Source: the human T2T-CHM13v2.0 reference genome, Homo sapiens | DNA length: 64,000 bases | NCBI RefSeq assembly: GCF_009914755.1 | Contig: NC_060927.1 | Direction: 5' to 3' (one strand) | The notes under the pieces: model-generated | The model's database searches: none | The model's input: only the letters and a program-made list of their open reading frames with translations | Told to the model about the DNA's origin: nothing | Shown here: in pieces, positions 56,740 to 64,000 of the stretch | How the letters are laid out: every line of letters begins with the position of its first letter | Numbering within the stretch: position 1 is the stretch's first letter | Program-made: the position numbers and the translations under genes

Positions 56740-59700
56740 TGCTGACTGAACTCATCCTGTTGTGCAAGCAACTGCTAGGTCTTATTCATTCTATCTAACT
56801 ATTTTTGTGTGCATTAACCATTCCCATTCTCCCTCACCCCTACAATTCTCAGCTTCTGGTAACCGTTATTCTACTCTCTATCTCCCCGAGTTCAACTGTA
56901 TTAATTTTTAGCTCCCACAAGTGAGAATATGTCATGTTTTTCTGTGTCTGGATTATTTCATTTATAATGTCCTCCAGCTTCATCCATGCTGTTGCAAATG
57001 ACATGATCTCATTCTTTGTAATGGCTGAATAGTACTTCATTGTGTATAAGTACCGCATTTTCATTATCCATTCATCTGTTGATGGACACTTAGGTTGATT
57101 CCAATTCATAGCTATTATAAATACTGCTGCAAAAATCATGGGAGTGCAGATATCTCTTTGATATACTGATTTCCTTTTTAGGGTATACATACTTAGCAGT
57201 GGTATTGCTGGATCACACAGTAGTTCTATTTTTAGTTTTTTGTGGAACCTCTATACTTTTCTCCATAGTGGCTGTACTAATTTATATTCCCACAGTGTAT
57301 GAGGATTCCTGTCTCCACATTCTCGCCAGAATTCATTATTGCTCATCTTTTGGATAAAAGCATTTTAAATAGGGTGAGGTAATATATCGCTGTAGTTTGG
57401 ATTTGCATTTCTCTGATCAATGATGCTGATCATATTTTCATATATTTGTTTGCTATTTGTATGTCTTTTTTGCGAATTGTCTATTCAGATCTTCTGTCCA
57501 CTTTTAATTGGATAAATATATTTTATCCTATAGAGTTGTTTGAGCTCCTTATATATCTGGTTATTAGTTTCTTGTCAGATGGATAGTTTGCAAATAATTG
57601 TTTCCCATACTGTGCGTTGTTTCTTCACTTTGTTGACTGTTTCCTTGGCTGCATAGAAGCTTTTTAATTTGATGTGACCCCATTTGTCCAATTTTGGTTT
57701 GGTTGCCTGTGCTTGTGGGGTATTATTCAAGAAATATTTTCCCAGACCAACATCCTGGAAAGTTTCCCCAAGGTTTTATTTTAGCAGTTTCATAGTTTGA
57801 GATCTTAGATTTAAGCCTATAATCGACTTTAATTTTATTCTGTATGGGAAAAAAGATAGCAGCTAGTCCCATTCTTTTGCATACATATGTTCAGTTTACC
57901 CAGCATCATTATTGAAGAGACTATCCTTTTCCCAATGTATGTTCTTGGCACCTTTGTTAAAAATGACTTCATTGTAGGTGTATAAATTTATTTCTTGTTT
58001 CTCTATTCTCTTTCACTAGTGTATGCATCTGTTTTTAAGTCAGTGGCATGCTGTTTGGGTTACTATAGCTCTGTAGCATAACTTGAAGTCAGGTATGTGA
58101 TTCCTTCAGTTTTGCTCTTTTTGCTAAGAATAACTTTGGCTGTCCTGGGACTTTTATGGTTCCATATAATTTTTAGGATTTTTTTTCTATCTTTGTGAAG
58201 ATTGTCAATGCTATTCTGACAAGGATTGCATTGAACTTGTGGATTGCTTTGAATAGTATGAACATTTTAACAATATTATTTTTCCAATTCATGAACATTC
58301 TAATCCATAAACATAGATTATCTTTCCATTTTTATGTGTCATCCTCAATTTCTGGCATCAACGTTTTATAGTTTTCTTGTAAAGGTCTTTCACATTTTTG
58401 GTTAAGTTTATTATCAGGTATTTTATTGGTAGCCATTATAAATGAAATTATATTCTTGATTTATCAAATTGTTCACTGTTGGCATATAGAAATGCTAATG
58501 ATTTTTGTATGTTGATTTTGTATCCTGCAACTTAACTGAATTTATCAATTCTCATCATTTTTTGGTGAAGTCTTTAGGTATTTCCAAATACAAGATCATA
58601 TCATCTGCAAAGAAGGATAATTTGACTTCTTCGTTTACAACCTGGATGTCTCATTTCTTTCTCTTCCCTGATTCATCTAGCTGATACTTTCAGTACTGTG
58701 TTGAATAACAGTGGTGACAGTGGGCATCCTTGTTGTGTTCCAGACATTAGAGAAAAAGCTTTTAATTTTTTTCCATTCAGCATGATAGTCTCTATGAGTA
58801 TGTAATATATGCCTTTATTTTGTTGAGGTATGTTCCTTGTATACCCAGGTTTTTGAGGGATTGTATCATGAAGAAATGGTGAATTTTATCAAATGCTTTT
58901 CCAGCATCAATCGAAATGATTATATGATTTTTGTCCCTCATTCTGCTAATATAATGTATCATATTGACTGATTTGCATATATTGAGCCATCCTTGATCCA
59001 TGGAATAAATCCCACATTGTGGGATTTAAGATGCATCATTAGGTTATGTATTTGAAAGTTGTTTTTTTTTTTTTTTTTTCACTTTTTTGATGTAGGCACT
59101 TGTTGCTATTAACCTTCCTCTTACTAAGGTTTGGGTATGTTGTGTTTCCATTTTCATTTACCTCAAGGAATTTTAAAATTTCCTTTTTAATTTCTGGTCA
59201 TCCAGGAGCATACTGTTTACTTTCCATGTGTACACTTTTCAAACTTCCTCTTGTTATTGGTTTCTAGTTTTATTCCATTGTGGTCGAGAAGATATTTGAT
59301 ATTATTTCAATTTTTCTGAACGTTTTAAGACTTGTTTTGTGACCTAATGTATGCTCCATCCTTGAGAATGATCCGTATTCTGAGGAGAAAAAATGTGTAT
59401 TCTGCAGCCATTGGATGAAATGTTCTGTAGATATATATTAGGTCCATTTGGTCTATGGAGCAGATTAGTTATAATATCTCTTTGTTGATTTTCTGTGTGC
59501 ATTATCTGCCCAATGCTGAAAGTGGAATGTTGAAGTTTCCAACTATTATTGTATCTCTCTCTTTAGCTCTAATAGTATTTGTTTTCTATATCTGGGTTTT
59601 CCAGCATTGGGTGCATATACAGTTATAATTGGTATATCATCTTGATGAATTCATTCCTGTAAAATTACATAATAAAGTTCTTTGTCCCTTTTTTGTGATT

Positions 59701-60066
59701 TTTGTCTTAACAATTTCTTCTATCTGATGCAAGTATAGTTACTCCTGTTCTTTTTTGGCTTTCATTAGTATGGAATATCTTTTTCCATCTCATTATTTTC
59801 AGTCTATTGTGTGTCTTTACAGGTGAAATGTGTTTCTTATAAGCAATAGATCATTAGGTCTTACTTTTTATCCATTCAGTCACTGTTTTTGATCAAAGAG
59901 TTTAGGACATTGACATTCAGTGTTATTATTGATAACTAAGGACTTACTCCTGACATTTTGTTATTTCTTTTCTGGTTGTTTTGTGGTTTTCACTTTCTTC
60001 CTTCCTTCTGTCCTATATTCTTTTTGTGAAAGTGATCTTCTCTGGTAGTATGTTTTCATTTCCTGC

Positions 60067-60366
60067 TTTTTTTTTTTTTTTTTTGAGACAGAGTCTCACT
60101 CTGTCACCCAGGCTGGAATGCAGTGGTGCAATCTTGGTTCAATGAAACCTCTGCTTCCTGGCTTCAAGCGATTCTCCTGCCTCAGCCTCCCTAGTAGCTG
60201 GGATTACAGGCACCTGCCACCACACCCAGTTAATTTTTGTACTTTTAGTAGAGATGGGGTTTCATCATGTTGTCCAGGCTGGTTTTGAACTTATGACCTC
60301 AAGTGATCTGCCCACCTTGGCCTCCCAAAGTGCTAGGATTACAGGCGTGAGCCACCGTGCCTGGCC
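60067..60366 (-). mobile_element. AluSz/Sx-like inside the L1MA
   Basis: Full antisense dimer with GACCTCAAGTGATC; no clear TSD. Confidence 0.95.
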
Positions 60367-61899
60367 CTAAAGGTTTTCTTGATTTGAAATTCCCATGAGG
60401 CTCACAAATATTATCTTATAATCTATTATTTTAAATTGATGACAAGTTAACTCTGATTGCAAAAACAACCAAAGAAACTAAACAAGCAAAGGAAAAACTA
60501 AAGACATTCTACACTTTAACTTCACCTCTCCCACTCTTTAACTTTTTGTTGTTTCTGTTTATATCATACTATACTATCTATGTCTTTAAAAGTTGTAGTT
60601 ATTATTTTGGTAGTTTCATCTTTTAGTCTTCCTACTAAAGATATGAGTAGTTTACATACCAGAACTGCAGTGTATCTGTCTGTGTACTTAATATTACCAG
60701 TGAGTTTTGTACCTTCAGGTGATTTCTCATTGCTCATTACATCCTTTTCTTTCAGATTGAAAAACTCTCTTTAGCCATTCTTGTAGGTTATGTACAGTGT
60801 TGATAAAATCTCTCAGCTTTTGTTTGTCTGGGAAGCTCTTTGTATCTCCTTAATCTTTGAAATATATTTTTGATGGATATACTATTCTAAGTTAAAAGTT
60901 TTTTTCCATCAGCACTTTAAGTATATCATGCCACTCCCTCCTAACCTGTAAGGTTTGCATTGAGAAATCTGCTGCCAGATGCATTGGAGCTCTTTTATGT
61001 GTTATTTATTTATTTCTTTTCTCTTGCTATTCTTAGAATCTTTCCCTTATTCTTGACTTTTGGGAGTCTGATTATTAAATTTCGTGAGGTACTCTTATTT
61101 GGGTTAAATCTTCTTGGTGTTTTATAACCTTCTTGTAGCTGAATATTTAATATCTTTCTCTAGGTTTAGAAAGTTCTCTGTTGTCTCTCTGAATTAACTT
61201 TCTCACCAATAGCTCCTCTTTAAGATCAATAACTCTTATGTTTGCACTTTTTAGGCTATTTTCTAGATCTTGTATGTGTGTCTTATTATTTTTTATTCTT
61301 TTTGTCTCCTCTGTGAATTTTCAAATAGTCTATCTTCAAACTCACTCATTCTTTCTTCTGTTTGATAAATTATGCTGTTGAGAGACTCTGTTGCATTCTT
61401 CAATTTGTCAATTGAATTTTTACAGAGCAGCAGAATTTTGAAGAGCAGCTCCAGAATTTCTGCTTGATTCTTTTTAGTTATTTCAATGGCTTTGTTAAAT
61501 TTATATAAGATTTTGAATTCCTTCTCCTGTGTTTTCTTGGATATCACTGAGCTTCCTCAAAACAGCTATTTTGAATGCTGAAAGGTCACATTTCTTGTCA
61601 CTCTGAAATTGGTCACTGTTGTCTCTTTTAGAAGAACTAGGTATTTATTCTAATATTTGCAGTCTAGGCTTGTCTATACCTGTCCTACTTGAGAAGGTTT
61701 TCCATGTATTGAAAGGGAATTGAGTGTTGTGTTCTAAGTCTTTGGTCACTGCAGCCATATGGGCATTAGGCAGCACCCTATGCCCAGCAACTCTAAGACT
61801 CTTGCAGACTTGTAGATGTACCACCTTGGTGGTCTTGGGTAAGATCCAGGAGAATTCCATGGATTACATGGGAGAGTCTCTTGTTTTCTTTCCTTACTT

Positions 61900-62945
61900 T
61901 TCCCCAAACAAACAGAGTCTCTCTCTCTCTCTGCTGAGCTACCTAGAGCTGGAGGAGTGGTGACACAAGCATTCCCATGGCCACCACAGCTGGGACTGTG
62001 CCTCGTCATACCTGAAACAAGCTGGTTCTTGCCTAAGGCCTGTTGTGACTATTCCTTGGATACTGCTGAGTTTGTCCAAGGCCCAAGGCCTCTGTCAGCG
62101 GGTGATGAATCCTGCCAGGACTAAGTCTTTTCCTTCAGTGCAGCAGGTTCCCTTCTGGCCCAAGGTGGGTCTAAAAATGCCCTCCATGAGCTAGGGACTG
62201 GTATCAGGGACTTTAGGAATTGGCTTGGTGCTTTCTTTTACTGGGGTTGAGCTAATACTCAGGTTGCAAGACAGAATCCTCTTTACTTATCCCTGTCCTT
62301 TCCTGAAGCAGAATCTCTGCCCACGGCCATAACTGACCCAGATTTGTGGTGACTGTAGCCTGGATATCACTGGTGTTTATTCAAGACCCAAGGGCTCTTT
62401 AGTCATAAAGTGGTGACTTCTTCCAGGACTCAGTCTGTTTTTTCAGGGTAACAGGCTTCCTTCTGGCCCAAGGTGGGCCTAAAAACACTCTCCAGGAGCT
62501 AAAGCCTGGAAGTAGGGCATTTAGGAGTCTGAGTGGTGCTTTATTTTACTGTGGCTGACCATGTGCCAAAGTTGTAAGACCCTTCCCTCTCTTTTCCTCA
62601 AACAGAAGGAGTCTCTTCTTATGGTCACCACAGCTGGGAGTGTCCTGGGTCACACCTGAAGCCAGCATAATATTGGGTCTTTCCCAAGGCCCATGGCGAC
62701 TGCTGCCTGGCTACTGCTGATGTTTATTCAAGGCTCAAGGATTCTTAAGCCAGCAGGTTGTAAATTCTGCCAGAACTGGGTCCTTCTCTTCAGGCCATTG
62801 GAATCCTTTGTGGCCCTGGGTGGGTCTAAAAACATCATCTGGGAGCTATGGCCTGGAATGGGGACTTCAGGACTCTGCTTGCTGCTTCATTTTTACTGTG
62901 GCTAAGCTGGAATCCAAGTTGCAAGACAAAGTCCTCTTTACTCTT
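61900..62945 (-). repeat. three degenerate ~310-350-bp tandem monomers in the L1M 5'UTR
   Basis: TGGCCC(AA/TG)GGTGGG(T/C)CTAAAAA at ~62156, ~62465, ~62811; TTTTACTG.GG.TGA and GTTG.AAGAC also repeat three times. Confidence 0.85.
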
Positions 62946-63636
62946 CCGTCTTCTCCCACAGTTGCAAGCTGCACTGCCTAAAGTTGGGAGAAGGGTGATG
63001 CAAGTATCCCCTTAGCCAACCCAGCTGGTATCTCACTAGGTCATATGTACCCAACGTCCAATGGCTTCAAACCCAGCACAGCACCAGACCTTCCCCAGGA
63101 ATTAATTACAATCCTTGTGGCCTAGACTGCCTTTCAAGTTTATTTAGAAACCCATTGTGCTTTAGCCCACTGTGATGGGTACAGCTAGAACTCCAGTTCT
63201 GATAACTGGGACGGATGATTTCCCCTTGGGTAGCGCTGGTCTAAATGCTTCCTCCAAGCTGGCCAAATCTGCTCCGTGTTGCTTTCTGCTGTGACAGGGC
63301 AGCACTGAGTTCCAATGCAAACTTCCAATTTCCCAGTGAAAACTTCACTACATTTTCCTTCCCCCAAGAGCACAGATTCTCTCTTCCCACACCATTTGAC
63401 ACTGCTGGGAGATAGGAGAGGGGCGGTGTAGACAATTCAAGACTGCCTTTTCTACCATCTTTCCTGCTTCTTTCCTTGATATGATGTTAGAACTGGGTAC
63501 CATGATTGCTCACCAGATTTTTGGTTCTTATGAAGGTACCTTCTTCTGTGGATAGTTGTTCAATTTGATGTTCCTTTGGGGGAACAATCATTAGTGGGTT
63601 CTGTTTGGCCATCTTGCATCACCTCTATTTATTTAT

Positions 63637-64000
63637 TTTTATTTATCACATACTAGTGTAGGCATTAATTAGCTATAGACTATCTGTTTCTGGAGCTTGG
63701 AAGACAGATCCAGGCTAAAAAAAAATATTGAGAATCATGCATGCTTAGAGAACAGTTAAATTTATGACATTCGGAGAAAATCTATAAGATAACACAATAA
63801 AACAAAATAACAGTTAAATTCATGATGTTTGGATAAAATGTATAAGATAATGGAAAAAACAAAGAAGAATTCCAAGAACTAAGCCCTGCAGCACTCCAAC
63901 ATTTAGAAGTCAGGGTGGGCAATGAGGAACTAGCAAATAAGACAGAGACGATGTGGTCAGGAAGACTGGCAAAACAGTCCGGTAAGATGAGGACTGAGCT
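63637..64000 (-). mobile_element. L2 continuation
   Basis: CTAAGCCCTG..GCACTCCAACATTTAGAAGTCAGG, GAGGAACTAGCAAA. Confidence 0.7.
63751..63850 (+). repeat. 42-bp degenerate direct duplication (period 58)
   Basis: AACAGTTAAATT.ATGA..TT.GGA.AAAAT.TATAAGATAA at 63751 and 63809. Confidence 0.85.

Overview
Primate (most likely human or great-ape) genomic DNA. It is AT-rich, CpG-poor, has no CpG island and no recognisable host protein-coding exon, so it looks like a gene desert or deep intron. Roughly half is interspersed repeat: a near-full-length L1PA6-like element with TSDs (14.8-19.9 kb), a full-span antisense L1MA2/3-like element (56.1-63.6 kb), L1PA2 and 5'-inverted L1PA4 fragments, eight near-complete Alus plus one isolated fragment, an internally deleted ERVL provirus with LTR41-type LTRs, many MaLR/ERV solo LTRs, L2, MIR and MER DNA transposons. 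Nearly all ORFs in the track are L1/Alu-derived or chance. I see no convincing new gene system. The best observations are DNA-repair and retrotransposition scars read directly from the sequence: a locally templated duplication-inversion-duplication that creates a ~230-bp inverted repeat (35.5-36.9 kb), a perfect palindrome at an L1 deletion junction, an open and extended L1 ORF0, and a twin-primed L1 with an unusually large gap. Subfamily names are from remembered diagnostic positions and need RepeatMasker/Dfam confirmation.
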